From: Squalus acanthias
Lineage: Eukaryota
Reading direction: 5' to 3'
DNA: 64,000 nucleotides
Assembly (NCBI GenBank): GCA_030390025.1
Contig: CM059432.1
Coordinates: 1,488,001 to 1,552,000 of the forward strand
The translations under genes and the position numbers were made by a program. The notes under the pieces were generated by a model. The model was given only the letters and a program-made list of their open reading frames with translations. It was not told the DNA's origin and made no database searches. This document shows positions 38,346 to 50,587 of this stretch, piece by piece. Every line of letters begins with the position of its first letter. Within the stretch, counting starts at the first letter, position 1.

Positions 38346-39219
38346 TCGCTTTTAAGATCGCGGTCAAAAAGAAATGTCCCAATTTTCAAGTGTTGGGGTC
38401 AGGAAGCAGCCGCCCAGGCCAGTGCCTTCGAAACGACTTGAATTGGAACACAGAAAAGGGCGCTTGCTTTTACGGCAACTCCTAAATTCACTTTTGCCAC
38501 CACATTTTTACACGGCTGGATCAAGTGTTGGGAAAGGGGTTTCACTTTCAAGTGCCTAATGGGATCTTGCTTCTGGTGGGTTTCCTGAAGCCGCCATTGT
38601 TGAAATCACTCTATTCAACTCAAACTTTGATAATATAAAAAAAAAAGGGGTACAAGTCATCCCCATTTAGGTTAGCCATAGCGGTGAACGGAGTCTTCAG
38701 CTTTCCGATAGACTCGAAACCACAATTTACTCCCCATTTAAAGCTTAAAATTCAAACCGCTATCAAAAAAACAAACAAGTATGTAAACAAGTGGGAAAAT
38801 AAGAACAGGAGGAGGCCATTCAGCCCCTTGGGCCTGTTCCGCCATTCAATGAGATCATGGCTGACCTGTATCTTAACTCCATTTACCGGCCTTGGTTCCA
38901 TAACCCTTAATACCCTTACCCAATTGAAATCTATCAATCTCAGGCAAAGGTCACAAATATGATTCTGAATTTAATTTACTAAAATAACTTATGGTTCATA
39001 TTTTTTCGAACATCTTTCTCATGACAGTTTCCATAAGAGAACTGAGACCTACAAGCTTTACTCTATCACAGAGTTAGTATATTCTAGGTTTAATATGAAC
39101 TCCAATCACAATCATTTTTTTTTATTGGAGACTACATAGGATTCCCAACTATGCCCCCTAGCTATTCTGAAGGCACAGAATATCACAATTCTAGGCCACT
39201 TTATACAGGCTGAACAAGA

Positions 39220-39960
39220 CCTGTTCACCCATCACCCCTGTGCTCGCTGACCTACATTGGCTCCCGGTCAATGCCTCGATTTTAAAATTCTCATCCACGT
39301 GTTCAAGTCCCTCCATGGCCTCGTCCCTCCCTATCTCTGTTACCTCCTCCAGCCCTACAATTTTCTGATCAAGATTTCTACAAAATTCTGAGGGGGATTG
39401 ACAGGGTAGATACTGAGAGGTTGTTTCCCCTGGCTGGAGAGTCTAGAACCAGGGGTCACAGTCTCAGGATAAGGGGTCGGCCATTTAAGACTAAGATGAG
39501 GAGGAATTTCTTCACTCAGAGGGTTGTGAATCTTTGGAATTCTCTACCCCAGAGGGCTGTGGATGCTGAATCGTTGAGTATATTCAAGGCTGAGATCGAT
39601 AGATTTTTGGACTCTAGGGAAATCAAGGGATATGGAGATCGGGCGGGAAAGTGGAGTTGAGGTCAAAGATCAGCCATGATCTTATTGAATGGCGGAGCAG
39701 GCTCGAGGGGCCGTTTGGCCGACTCCTGCTCCTATTTCTTATGGTGTTTCTGCACTAAAATTCCACTTGCACCGAATCATAGAATCTTACAGCGCAGGAG
39801 GCCGCCACTCGGCCCATCGTGCCTGTGCCGGCTCTTTGAAAGAGCTCTCCAATTAGTCCCACTCTCCCCTGCTCTTTCCCCATCGCCCTGCAAATTTTTC
39901 CTTTTCAACTATTTATCAGATTCCTTTTTTGAAAGTTACTATCGAATCTGCTCCCTTTCT
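39220..39960. mobile_element. L2 fragment plus CR1 3' ends
   Basis: Similarity to other copies in the window. Confidence 0.75.
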
Positions 39961-40155
39961 GGCAGCGCGTTCCAGACCAACGGCAAGAATGGAGTTGAAA
40001 AGTAAAATACTTATTATAATTTACGAAGCACTGGTACAATTACGACTAACGTTGGTAAGTAATTTTTACTGTGCATGGCACCGCATTCGCAAACACTTGC
40101 AGGAGTCGTTGTTTTGAAGTTAGTGTTGACCAAGTCAATTTCAGCCACTACTTAC

Positions 40156-40300
40156 TGTTGTTGTTCTTGACACTGGAATCAGCGCCATACTTTAGAAGTT
40201 TTACAGCACCTAGTTTCTGGCCTCGATAAGCTGCACAGTGTAATGGCGTATTTCCCAACTTATCCATGCAGTTCACATTAGGTGGATTCGGCCTGTTCAG
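40156..40300 (-). CDS. OSBPL1A: OSBPL1A coding exon 6 (ankyrin repeat)
   Basis: 145 nt; LNRPNPPNVNCMDKLGNTPLHCAAYRGQKLGAVKLLKYGADSSVKNNN; TTTTCAG acceptor, GTAAGT donor. Confidence 0.95.
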
Positions 40301-40397
40301 CTGAAAATAATTTAAGCTTCAATTAAATTTCGACACCAGTAGTAACAATTAAAACTCTTGGTATGCAGAATATCCACAGCTCGCCCAGTAACTCACC

Positions 40398-40580
40398 AGT
40401 GTCAGCTGTGGCTCAGTGGGCAGTGCACTCTCTCTCTCTCTCGCCTCCGAGTCAGAAGGTTGTGGGTTCAAGTCCCACCCCAGAGACTCGAGCACAAAAA
40501 TCTAGGCTGACGCTCCCAGGGTCAGCACGGAGGGAGCGCTGCACTGTCGGAGGTGCCGTCTTTCGGACAAGACGTTAAAA
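40398..40580 (+). mobile_element. Deu-SINE 5' part (tRNA-like head)
   Basis: TGGCTCAGTGG ... GGTTCAAGTCCC, matches the head at 21866. Confidence 0.75.
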
Positions 40581-40764
40581 ACATTTTAAAATTGTTTATT
40601 AGTTATAAAAAATATTGGAGATGGGGCAAAAAAGGCTGTTTGACTGATAGTGAAGAGTCATCCAATCGAGTAATGAAGAGTCTATTCATGCCGTGGGGGG
40701 GCGAGGGGCGGGCAGGAGGCCATGTGACGAAACCTCCAGGAATATGTCCAAGTAGCATTAAAAT

Positions 40765-42800
40765 GTCATGGACAGGTACATAAAAATAATCAAAAAGGCG
40801 AATGGGATGCTGACCTTTATATCTAGAGGACTAGAATACAAGGGGGTAGAAGTTATGCTGCAGCTGTACAAAGCCCTGGTTAGACCACTCCTGGAGTACT
40901 GTGAGCAGTTCTGGGCACCACACCTTAGGAAGGATATATTGGCCTTGGAGGGAGTGCAGCGCAGGTTTACCAGAATGATACCCGGACTTCAAGGGTTAAG
41001 TTACGAGGAGAGATTACACAAACTAGGGTTGTATTCCCGAGAATTTGGTGATCTGATCGAAGTTTTCAAGATATTAAGGGGAACAGATAGGGTAGATAGA
41101 GAGAAACTATTTCCGCTGGTTGGGGATTCTAGGACTAGGGGGCAGAGTCTAAAAATTAGAGCCAGACCTTTCAGGAGTGAAGTTAGGAAACATTTCTACA
41201 CACAAAGGGTGGCAGAAGTTTGGAACTCTCTTCCGCAAACAGCAATTGATGCTAGATCAATTGTTAATATTAAATCTGAGATTGATAGACTTTTGTTAAC
41301 CAAAGATATTAAGGGATATGGGCCAAAGGTAGGTACATGGAGTTAGGTCGCAGATCAGCCATGATCTCATTGAATGGCGGAACAGGCTCGAGGGGCTGAA
41401 TGGCCTCCTCCTGTTCCTATGGCAACCCCTCCCCACCTTTGAACCGTACTCTAGCCACTGTCTCTGTGGAGGGAAGGCAAGAAAGTCGGGGGGGGGGGGG
41501 GGGGGCGAGCAGTGGCCGGTGACGAACGGAGCAAAGGGGAGAAAGATTCCTGTTGCTGTTAACATTTTTAATTTTCTGCTTCTTCCCCATCACCCCCCAT
41601 CCCTCGCTACAAGACACACTCGTTTCCAACCACATTCACTCACTTTCTGTTGACTTCGTTACGCTATTAAGGGATTTTCAAATGGGTCCTTGGTAGCTTT
41701 TTTTTTTAAATGACATCTTGGAATTTATACTTCCTCCCACTCCATCCTTCAAAAGGAACTGGGGATAGATGGGGAATAATAACATTTAAAGAGCTCCCTC
41801 CAACATTAGATTCAACATGCAAAACACACACATCTTTTCTATCATGCAAAAAAAGCCACACAAATACCTTACTTCGATGCTAAATACTGTATGCTGAGAA
41901 TCAAGGCAATGAATAGAATTTTTCTTGTTTGAAAAATTGGAGAGCCTGGAGAAATTGGGATTGATCTCCTTCAAGCGGAGAAGGTTAAGGGAAGATTTAA
42001 TAGAGGCGTTCAAAATTATGAGGGGTTTTGATGGAGTAAATAAGGAGAAACTGTTTCCAGTGTCAGGAGTATCGGTAACCAGAGGACACAGATTTAAGGT
42101 CATTGGCAAAAGAACCAGAGGGAGATGATGATTTTTTTTTTAAATGCAACGAGTTATGATCTGGAATGCGCTGCCTGAAAGGGTGGTGGAAGAATATTAC
42201 CCAGAATCCAAGGGTTAAATTATGAGGAGAGATTACACAAATTAGAGTTGTATTCCCTGGAATTTAGAAAATTAAGGGGTGATTTGATCTAAGTTTTGAA
42301 GATATTAAGGGGAACAGATAGGGTAGATAGAGAGAAACTATTTCCGCTGGTTGGGAAGTCTAGGACTAGGGAGCATAGTCTAAAAATTAGAGCCAGACCT
42401 TTCAGGAGTGAAATTAGGAAACACTTCTACACACAAAGGGTGGTAGAAGTTTGGAACCCTCTTCCGCAAACAGCAATTGATGCTCGATCAATTATTAATT
42501 TTTAAATTGCAGATGGATAGATTTTTTTGTTAACCAAAGGTATTAAGGGATATGGGCCAAAGGCGGGTATATGGAGTTAGGTCGCAGATCAGCCATGATC
42601 TCATTGAATGGTAGAACAGGCTCGAGGGGCTGAATGGCCTCCTCCTGTTCCTATGTTCCTAAGCAGATTCAATAGTAACTTTCAAAAGGGGATTTGGATA
42701 AATACTTGAAAAGGAAAAAGTGAGGAAAGAGCAGGGGGAGTGAGACGAATTGGAGAGCTCTTTCAAAGAGCCGGCACAGGCACGATGGGCCGAACGGCCT
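40765..42800 (+). mobile_element. Several CR1 3' fragments
   Basis: ORFs 40768-41346, 41925-42128, 42296-42505. Confidence 0.8.
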
Positions 42801-43312
42801 CCTTAGAAACATCGAAAAATAGGAGCAGGAGTCGGCCATTCGGCCCTTCGAGCCTGCTTCGCCTTTCAATATCATGGCTGATCCTCTATCTCAATACCAT
42901 ATTCCCGCTCTCTCCCCATACCCCTTGATGCCTTTTGTGTCTAGAAATCTATCTATCTCCTTCTTAAATATATTCAGTGACTTGGCCTCCACAGCCTTCT
43001 GTGGTAGAGAATTCCACAGGTTCACCACCCTCTGAGTAAAGACATTTCTCCTCATCTCAGTCCTAAATGTCCTACCCCGTATCCTGAGACTGTGACCCCT
43101 CGTTCTGGACCCCCCAGCCAGGGGAAACATCCTCCCTGCATCCAGTCTGTCTAGCTCTGTCAGAATTTTATACGTTTCAATGCGATCCCCTCTCATTCTT
43201 CTAAACTCTAGTGAATACAGGCCTAGTCGACCCAATCTCTCCCCATACGACAGTCCTGCCATCCCAGGAATCAGTCCGGTGAACCTTCGCTGCACTCCCT
43301 CTATGGCAAGTA

Positions 43313-43605
43313 CAGGTTGAGCATCCCGAATCCGGCAGCCTCGGGACCGAGGCCGAGCCGGTTTTCGGGTTTTTCCGGACTTCGGAACGTGTTTCTGATG
43401 TCCGAAGACCAGAAACGCCCGAGCCCAGGTTGCGACATTTCTGGACTTCAGACATCAGAAACACGTGCCGAGTCCGGAAATGCCTGGGCCCAGGTTGCGT
43501 TTTTGGTAAGCCTCCCTCAGGGTGTCCGGATTCTGGAACATTTTACGGATTCCGGACCCCTGCCACCAATCGTCCCGGAGTCCGGATTCTGGAACGCTCA
43601 ACCTG
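43313..43605. mobile_element. Tc1/mariner (Tigger/pogo-like) MITE
   Basis: TA TSD; TIR CAGGTTGAGCATCCCGAATCCGG, other end reverse-complements to CAGGTTGAGCGTTCCAGAATCCGG. Confidence 0.85.
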
Positions 43606-44037
43606 TATATCCTTTCTTAGGTAAGGAGACCAAAACTGCACACAGTACTCCAGGTGTGGTCTCACCAAGGCCCTGTATAACTGTAGTAAGACATCCTTGC
43701 TCCTGTACTCAAATCCTCTTGCAATGAAGGCCAACATACCATTTGCCTTCCTAACTGCTTGCTGCACCTTCATGTTTGCTTTCAGTGACTGGTGTACAAG
43801 GACACCCAGGTCCCTTTGTACATCAACATTTCCCAATCTATCATCATTTAAATAATACTCTGCCTTTCTGCTTTTCCTACCGAAGTGGATAACTTCACAT
43901 TTATCCACGTTATACTGCATCTGCCATGTATTTGCCCACTCACTCAACTTGTCTAAATCGCCTTGAAGCCTCTTTGCATCCTCCTCATAACTCACAATCC
44001 CACCTAGTTTCGTGTCATCAGCAAACTTGGAAATATT

Positions 44038-44805
44038 GGGCCAAAAATTCGGCCCTTCCCGGGTGAGTACACAGTGAGTACTCACCCATAATGCGTCCCG
44101 AAGTGCCGGTTTCCTGCATGCACTGCGCATGCGCGGGAAACCGGAACTTCCGGTCTGGTGAAGGGGGCGGTTCCTAGGTGAACCACGTGCGCGGTAGAGG
44201 CTGCGCGCACACAGCGAACTTAGATTTTTTTTCAGGTTTCTACGCGAGGGTAAGTAGTGAAGAACCTACGCTTATAAAAAGGAGGCGTAGGAGCCGTTTT
44301 CAACAAGGTAAGTGGCTAATTAAGTATAATTAAAAAAAATTTCAACAGGTTTATCTTTTTTAGATACTTTAAAGAAAGGTAAGTTTATTTTTATCACTTT
44401 AAAAAATTATTTTAATTTTTTCAAAAATTTTAATTTTTGTTTAAAGTGGTTAATTTATTTAACTATAGTTATTTTATAAATGTGATGGGTTTTTTAAAAT
44501 TTTATTTTAAGTTTAGCTGTTCTTTTGGGGCCGATTTCAATTCACAGATTTGACAGGTCTTCCTGTCAAATCTATGAATGAATGAAAGATGGTCTGCTGC
44601 CATTGGCTCTCCATGGCCCACGTGATCCCAGGGGACGCATTGCACTAACTGCGCCCCTGGGACACGCAAGCACTGCGCGCCGGCTCTTGGAGCAGGACCA
44701 GGAGCTGAAGTTCCTGTGGGCCCAAAACACAACGGCAGGCGCGGTAGGTAAGTGCGCGCGCGATCCTTACCCCCGCGGCAAGCCGGAGGCGCGAATTTCT
44801 GGGCC
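44038..44805. mobile_element. PIF/Harbinger-like non-autonomous DNA transposon
   Basis: ATT TSD (44035-44037, 44806-44808); imperfect TIR GGGCCAAAAATTCG / GGCCCAGAAATTCG; interrupts CR1 RT coding sequence. Confidence 0.78.
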
Positions 44806-46057
44806 ATTACATTTGGTTCCCTCGTCCAAATCATTGATATATATTGTGAATAGCTGGGGCCCAAGCACTGATCCCTGCGGTAGCCCACTAGTCACCGCCT
44901 GCCACCCCGAAAAAAAACCATTTATTCCTACTCTGTTTCCTGTCCGTTAACCAATTTTCAATCCATGCCAGTATATTACCCCCAATCCCATGTGCTTTAA
45001 TTTTGCACACTAACCTCTTATGTGGGACTTTATCAAAGGCCTTTTGAAATTCCAAATCCACATCTACTGGTTCTCCCTTATCTATTCTACCAGTTACATC
45101 CTCAAAAAACTCCAGTAGGTTTGTCAAACACGATTTCCCTTTCATAAATCCATGTTGACTTTGTCTAATCCCGTTGATAGTTTCTAAGTGTCCTGTTATC
45201 ACATCCTTTATAATAGACTCTAGCATTTTCCCTACTACTGATGTCTGTAGTTCCCTGTTTTCTCTCTCCCTCCTTTTTTAAATAGTGGGGTTACATTTGC
45301 CAACCTCCAATCTGCAGGAACTGTTCCATAATCTATAGAATTTTGGAAGATGACAACCAATGCATCCACTATTTCCATTGCTGCCTCTTTAGTACTCTGG
45401 GATGCAGATCATCAGGCCCTGGGGATTTATCGGCTTTCAGTCCCATTAATTTCTCCAGCACTATTTTTTTTTACCAATACTAATTTCCTTTAATTCCTCC
45501 TTCTCACTAGACCCTTGGTTCCTTAGCATTTCTGGGAAGTTATTTGTGTCCTCTACCGTGAAGACAGAACCAAAGTATTTGTTTAATTGCTCTGACATTT
45601 CCTTGTTCCCCATTATAAATTCTCCCGTTTCTGACTGTAAGGGACCTACATTTGTCTTCACTAATCTTTTTCTTTTTACATACTTGTAGAAGCTTTTACA
45701 GTCCGCTTTTATGTTCCCTGCAAGTTTACTCTCATACTCTATTTTTCCTCTTTTAATCAATCTCTTGGTCCTTTTTTGCTGAATTCTAAACTGCTCCCAA
45801 TCCTCAGGCTTGCTACTTTTTCTGGCAAGTTTATCTGACTCCTCTTTGGATCTAATACTATCCTTAATTTCTTTTGTTAGCCATGGTTGGGCCGCTTTTC
45901 CTTTTGTGTTTTTGCACCAGAAAGGAATGTATAACTGTTGCAATTCATGCATTCGTTCCTTAAATGTTAGCACTCCTTCTGTGCTGTATGATTCTAATTT
46001 TTAAAAAAACTCGGGATTTGCGAACAAAAGGAAATATACCAATCTACTAAAAAGTCA

Positions 46058-46213
46058 TGATGCGGAGATGCCGGTGTTGGACTGGGGTGGACAAAAATGA
46101 GAAGTCGCACAACACCAGGTTATAGTCCAACAGTTTTATTTGAAATCACGAAAGCTTGGTGATTTCAAATAAAACTGTTGGACTATAACCTGGTGTTGTG
46201 CGACTTCTCATTT
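46058..46213 (-). mobile_element. Penelope-like fold-back insertion (copy 3)
   Basis: TSD TACTAAAAAGTCA at 46045-46057 and 46214-46226; about 55-bp inverted arms centred on GAAAGCTT. Confidence 0.78.
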
Positions 46214-46274
46214 TACTAAAAAGTCAAGTCAACCTCGTCGTCGTTTATGATAAAGTTAATCAGATGGTGCTCAC

Positions 46275-46360
46275 CAAAGCAGTTATTCCTGCCGCATCGC
46301 CTTCCCGGGCAGCGGTCAGCAGCAGCTCTTCCAACTTCCTCTGTTGTGTCATTTCAGCAG
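46275..46360 (-). CDS. OSBPL1A: OSBPL1A coding exon 5
   Basis: 86 nt; (A)AEMTQQRKLEELLLTAAREGDAAGITAL; ATAG acceptor, GTGAGC donor. Confidence 0.94.
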
Positions 46361-46556
46361 CTATTTTTACAAGAGAAAGACACAGAATTTACAGCACAGG
46401 AAACAGGCCAAATAGTTCTCCAAACAAAGTCAACAGTGCCTGGGACCTCTCCTGATAACCTTCAATCCTTCCATAACCAAGCATTCACGCAGTTGCTTTT
46501 CAAGAGGAATTAAGGGCAGCATAGCAGTAAACAACTTGGGCAGAAATATCTTCCAT

Positions 46557-47935
46557 GTGTCAGCCGTGGCTCAGTGGGCAGCACCCTCGCCTCCGACTCA
46601 GAAGGTCGTGGGTTCAAACCCCGCTCCAGAGACTTCAGCACAAAAATATAGGCTGACACTCCAGTGCAGTACTGAGGGAGCGCCACACTGTCAGAGGGGC
46701 AGCACTGAGGAAGAGCCGCACTGTCGGAGGGGCAGTACTGAGGAAGAGCCGCACTGTCGGAGGGGCAGTACTGAGGGAGCGCCGCACTGTCAGAGGGGCA
46801 GCACTGAGGAAGAGCCGCACTGTCGGAGGGGCAGTACTGAGGAAGAGCCGCACTGTCGGAGGGGCAGTACTGAGGGAGCGCCGCACTGTCGGAGGGGCAG
46901 TACTGAGGGAGCGCCGCACTGTCGGAGGGGCAGCACTGAGGGGGCGCCGCACTGTCGGAGGGGCAGCACTGAGGGAGCGCTGCACTGTCGGAGGGGCGGT
47001 ACTGAGGGGGCGCCGCACTGTCGGAGAGGCAGTACTGAGGGAGCGCCGCACTGTCGGAGGGGCAGTACTGAGGGAGCGCTGCACTGTCGGAGGGGGCAGT
47101 ACTGAGGGAGCATTGCACTGTCGGAGAGGCAGTACTGAGGGAGCGCTGCACTGTCGGAGGGGCGGTACTGAGGGAGCGCCGCACTGTCGGAGGGGCAGAA
47201 CTGAGGGAGCGCCGCACTGTCGGAGGGGCAGAACTGAGGGAGCGCCGCACTGTCGGAGGGGCAGTACTGAGGGAGGGCCGCACTGTCGGAGGGACAGTAC
47301 TGAGGGAGCATTGCACTGTCGGAGAGGCAGTACTGAGGGAGCGCTGCACTGTCGGAGGGGCGGTACTGAGGGAGCGCCGCACTGTCGGAGGGGCAGAACT
47401 GAGGGAGCGCCGCACTGTCGGAGGGGCAGAACTGAGGGAGCGCCGCACTGTCGGAGGGGCAGTACTGAGGGAGCGTTGCACTGTCGGAGTGGAGGGAGCG
47501 TTGCACTGTCGGAGGGGAAGTACTGAGGGAGCGCCGCACTATCGGAGGGGCGGTACTGAGGGAGCGCCGCACTGTCGGAGGGGAAGTACTGAGGGAGCGC
47601 CGCACTGTCGGAGGGGCGTCTTTCGGATGGGACGTTAAACCAAGGCCCCGTCTGCCCTCTCAGGTGGACATAAAGGATCCCATGGCCAGTATTTTGAAGA
47701 GCAGGGGAGTTCTCCACAGTGTCCTGGCCAATATTTATTCCTCAACCAAGTTCACTAAAATACAGATGATCTGGTCATTATCATGTTGCTGTTGGTGGGA
47801 GCTTGCTGTGCGCAAATTGGCCACTGCATTTCCCACATTACAACAGTTCAAAAAGTACTTCACTGACTACAAAACGCTTTGGGACGTCCCGAGGTGGTGA
47901 AAGGCGCTGGAGAAATGCAAGTTCTTTCTTTCTGC
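46557..47935 (+). mobile_element. Deu-domain SINE with a ~950-bp internal 33-bp tandem array
   Basis: tRNA-like head from 46557, about 29 units GCACTGTCGGAGGGGCAGTACTGAGGGAGCGCC at about 46665-47615, then Deu core and tail. Confidence 0.88.
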
Positions 47936-47945
47936 TTCTTCCTAC

Positions 47946-48057
47946 CTTCAAGCATGCATCGGATTTCTTTATCTTGGGTGACCGCTCTTGGTGTTTGTCC
48001 ATCTCCATTGATAATGGCAGCATCAGCATCATACTGCAGCAGCAGCAGAACTAGTTC
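47946..48057 (-). CDS. OSBPL1A: OSBPL1A coding exon 4
   Basis: 112 nt; ELVLLLLQYDADAAIINGDGQTPRAVTQDKEIRCMLE(A); TTTTGCAG acceptor, GTAGG donor. Confidence 0.94.
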
Positions 48058-48204
48058 CTGCAAAACAGAACAAGTCCTCAGAGCAAATACAGCACGGGCC
48101 CAAGATCGTTGTGGTATGTAGCTCAGGTAATCATAGAATGACACAGCACAGAAGGAGGCCATTCGGTCCATCGTGCCTGTGCCGGTTCTTTGAAACAGCT
48201 ATCA

Positions 48205-48665
48205 ACGACAGCTTGTATTTATACAGCGCTTTAACGTAGTAAAACATCCCGAGGCGCTTCACAGGAGCGATTATCAAACAAAATTTGACACCGAGCCACA
48301 TAAGGAGATATTAGGGCAGGTGACCAGAAGCTTGGTCAAAGAGGGAGGTTTTAAGGAGCGTCTTAAAGGAGGAGAGAGAGGCGGAGAGGTTTAGGGAGGG
48401 AATTCCAGAGCTTAGGGCCCAGGCAGCTGAAGGCACGGCCACCAATGGTGGAGCGATTATAATCAGGGGATGCTCAAGAGACCAGAATTGGAGGAGTGCA
48501 GAGATCTGAGTGTTGTAAGGCTGGAGGAGATTACAGAGATAGGGAGGGGGGGGGCGGGGGAGAGCCCATGGAGGGATTTGGAAACAAGAATGAGAATTTT
48601 AAAAATGAGGTGTTGCCGGACCGGGAGCCAAAGTAGGTCAGTGAGCACAGAGGGTGACGGGTGAC
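48205..48665 (-). mobile_element. L2 3' fragment
   Basis: Matches the other L2 copies. Confidence 0.82.
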
Positions 48666-48784
48666 TGCAAATAACAAATCCAAATATAGCTCATAGAAAC
48701 TGGCAGCTATTGAACAAAATTATTGATACTTTGAGCCGCTTTAAAAGGTTCCACATTCACGACTTCAAAAACCATTTTCCTCAC

Positions 48785-48859
48785 CTTTCTCCCTGTGAAG
48801 GCTGCACGATGGAGTGGAGTATCTCCAACGTCATTGACCACATTCACATCTGCGTCAGC
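48785..48859 (-). CDS. OSBPL1A: OSBPL1A coding exon 3 (ankyrin repeat)
   Basis: 75 nt; ADADVNVVNDVGDTPLHRAAFTGRK; ATAG acceptor, GTGAGG donor. Confidence 0.95.
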
Positions 48860-49929
48860 CTATCAGTAACAAAATGACCATTAAATAATCCGTGGAGTCG
48901 CTACAAGATTCATGATCATGATTACAAATACCGAGTTGCGATGCTGTTTTTTGGTCACTGTAGTCGTCATTGACACAATCGATGTATAGTTACACAGAAT
49001 ATACAGCACAGAAACTGCTCCGTGCCGGTGTTTATGCTCCACACGAGCCTCCTCCCACCCCTCTTCATCTCAGCCTATCGACATATCCTTCTATTCCTTT
49101 CTCCCTCATGTGTTTATCTGGCTTCCCCTTAAATGTATCTATACTATTCGCCTCAACCACTCCCTGTGGGAGCGAGTTCCACATTCTCACCACTCTCTGG
49201 GTAAAGAGTTACAAGTGTACAGAACATTGCAAGCACTGGTACTAAAAATCTGTATTGTGGGCGAGCGTCTCCTCATCTAGATTTTTAAAGAAACAAAATG
49301 ATAAAGAAAAAAGGTATTTTAATTCTTTCAACAACTGCACCACGCTTTTTTAATCCAGTTCTTAATTTTTTTAAAAGCGATTTTCCCCACTTAGAGCCTC
49401 CTACCATTGAATTCAGAAATGTCTGTAACTAAAAGTTTACGACTCTCCGGGCCGATTCCCAACTTTCACTCTCTGTAAACTTCCTGCTGAATTCCCTATT
49501 GGATTCCTTGGCGACTATTTTATGTTTTGCTATTTAATGCGGTAACTGTATCAATTTTGAGAATTTTTTTAATACTTTATCAGACCTAAACAACGTCGGT
49601 GTTTTTGGCGTTGGCTTTATCGGCGCAATTTGCCTGAAATCAGCCAAGCCAGCTCAAAAGATCGAGGAGTTTTAAACGCAAGTGTGATGTCGAGCGCAAA
49701 TCGAGATTCCGCCATCTTTAACGCTGGTTTAAATAAAACCATCGCGCATGGAAGCAGGCCCCGCCCACAAAACTGGCCACGCCCTCCCGGATCGAATTAA
49801 CGGGCGCAGCGCGTTTCCGCGAACTGCAGCCGTTCGAGGAGGCTCTTCAAATTAAGCTTTTTTTTTCTTTTAAGCACGCAGACACTAGTCGGCGGGTTTC
49901 AAAGATTCGAAATATTAAAAAGATATTAT

Positions 49930-50587
49930 GGCCCTGAATTTAAAAAAATTCTACGAACCTACCTGCTGGTTCCGTAGGTCCCGAGGCTTGCGATCCTGGG
50001 CCTCTCCTCTCGGAAATGCGCAGAGGACCCAGGCGGTTCGCAGGCGCCCCTGGGATCACGTGGGCCAGCTCAACCAATGGAAGAAGGGAATCCCCCTTCA
50101 CACTTCGGACAGTTCCGTACGCTCAGAACTGTCAAAAGTATGAATGGGGATGACTGGAAAAATGCACCAACACACTGAAATAAATTAAAACCATTACATA
50201 TATAAAATTAATTAAATTGGCATTTAATTAAATGTGTTAAAACAAAAATTTAATTTTTTTTTAATATATGTTTTAATGGGGCTTAATATAACCTTATTGG
50301 ACAGGGTTTTTAATTTATAAGTGAGTGATAAAATCTTATTTTTCCTTTTTTTTAAAAACTCAAACTGGTAAAATCAAGCCTTACTCCTGCTTTTACCAGG
50401 CGTAAGAATTCCACAGCCTTTCAGCAGAGGCCCTTCTCCTACGGAGAATCTGACAAGAGGTTTTTGACAGATCGCAAGTTCCGGGTTTCAGCGCATGCGC
50501 TGCGCACGCCTAAACCCGGCACTAGCGCGGTCCCTACGGGCGCGTACACACCTCATACGCACCCGTGGGGGTCGGAAATTCAGGACC
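49930..50587. mobile_element. Harbinger-like MITE related to 44038-44805 (opposite orientation), apparently nested in another CpG-rich element (about 49550-51150)
   Basis: TIR GGCCCTGAATTT / GGTCCTGAATTTC; shares CCCTGGGATCACGTGGGCCA..CCAATGG and GCGCATGCGC blocks with the other copy. Confidence 0.7.

Larger units (their letters stand above)
42805..45972 (-). mobile_element. CR1 ORF2 3' two-thirds, interrupted by two MITEs
   Basis: RT peptides in ORFs 45461-45973, 44888-45226, 43543-44130 and 42891-43295 rejoin across the insertions. Confidence 0.9.

Noticed and set aside
46665..47615. CRISPR-like array or repetitive protein ORFs (HCRRGSTEGAP, STAPPTVRRSL, QYCPSDSAALP)
   Set aside because: Head-to-tail 33-bp units with no unique spacers inside a SINE. 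The long ORFs in several frames arise because the unit is a stop-poor multiple of 3. The same applies to 20390-20670 and 33270-33800.
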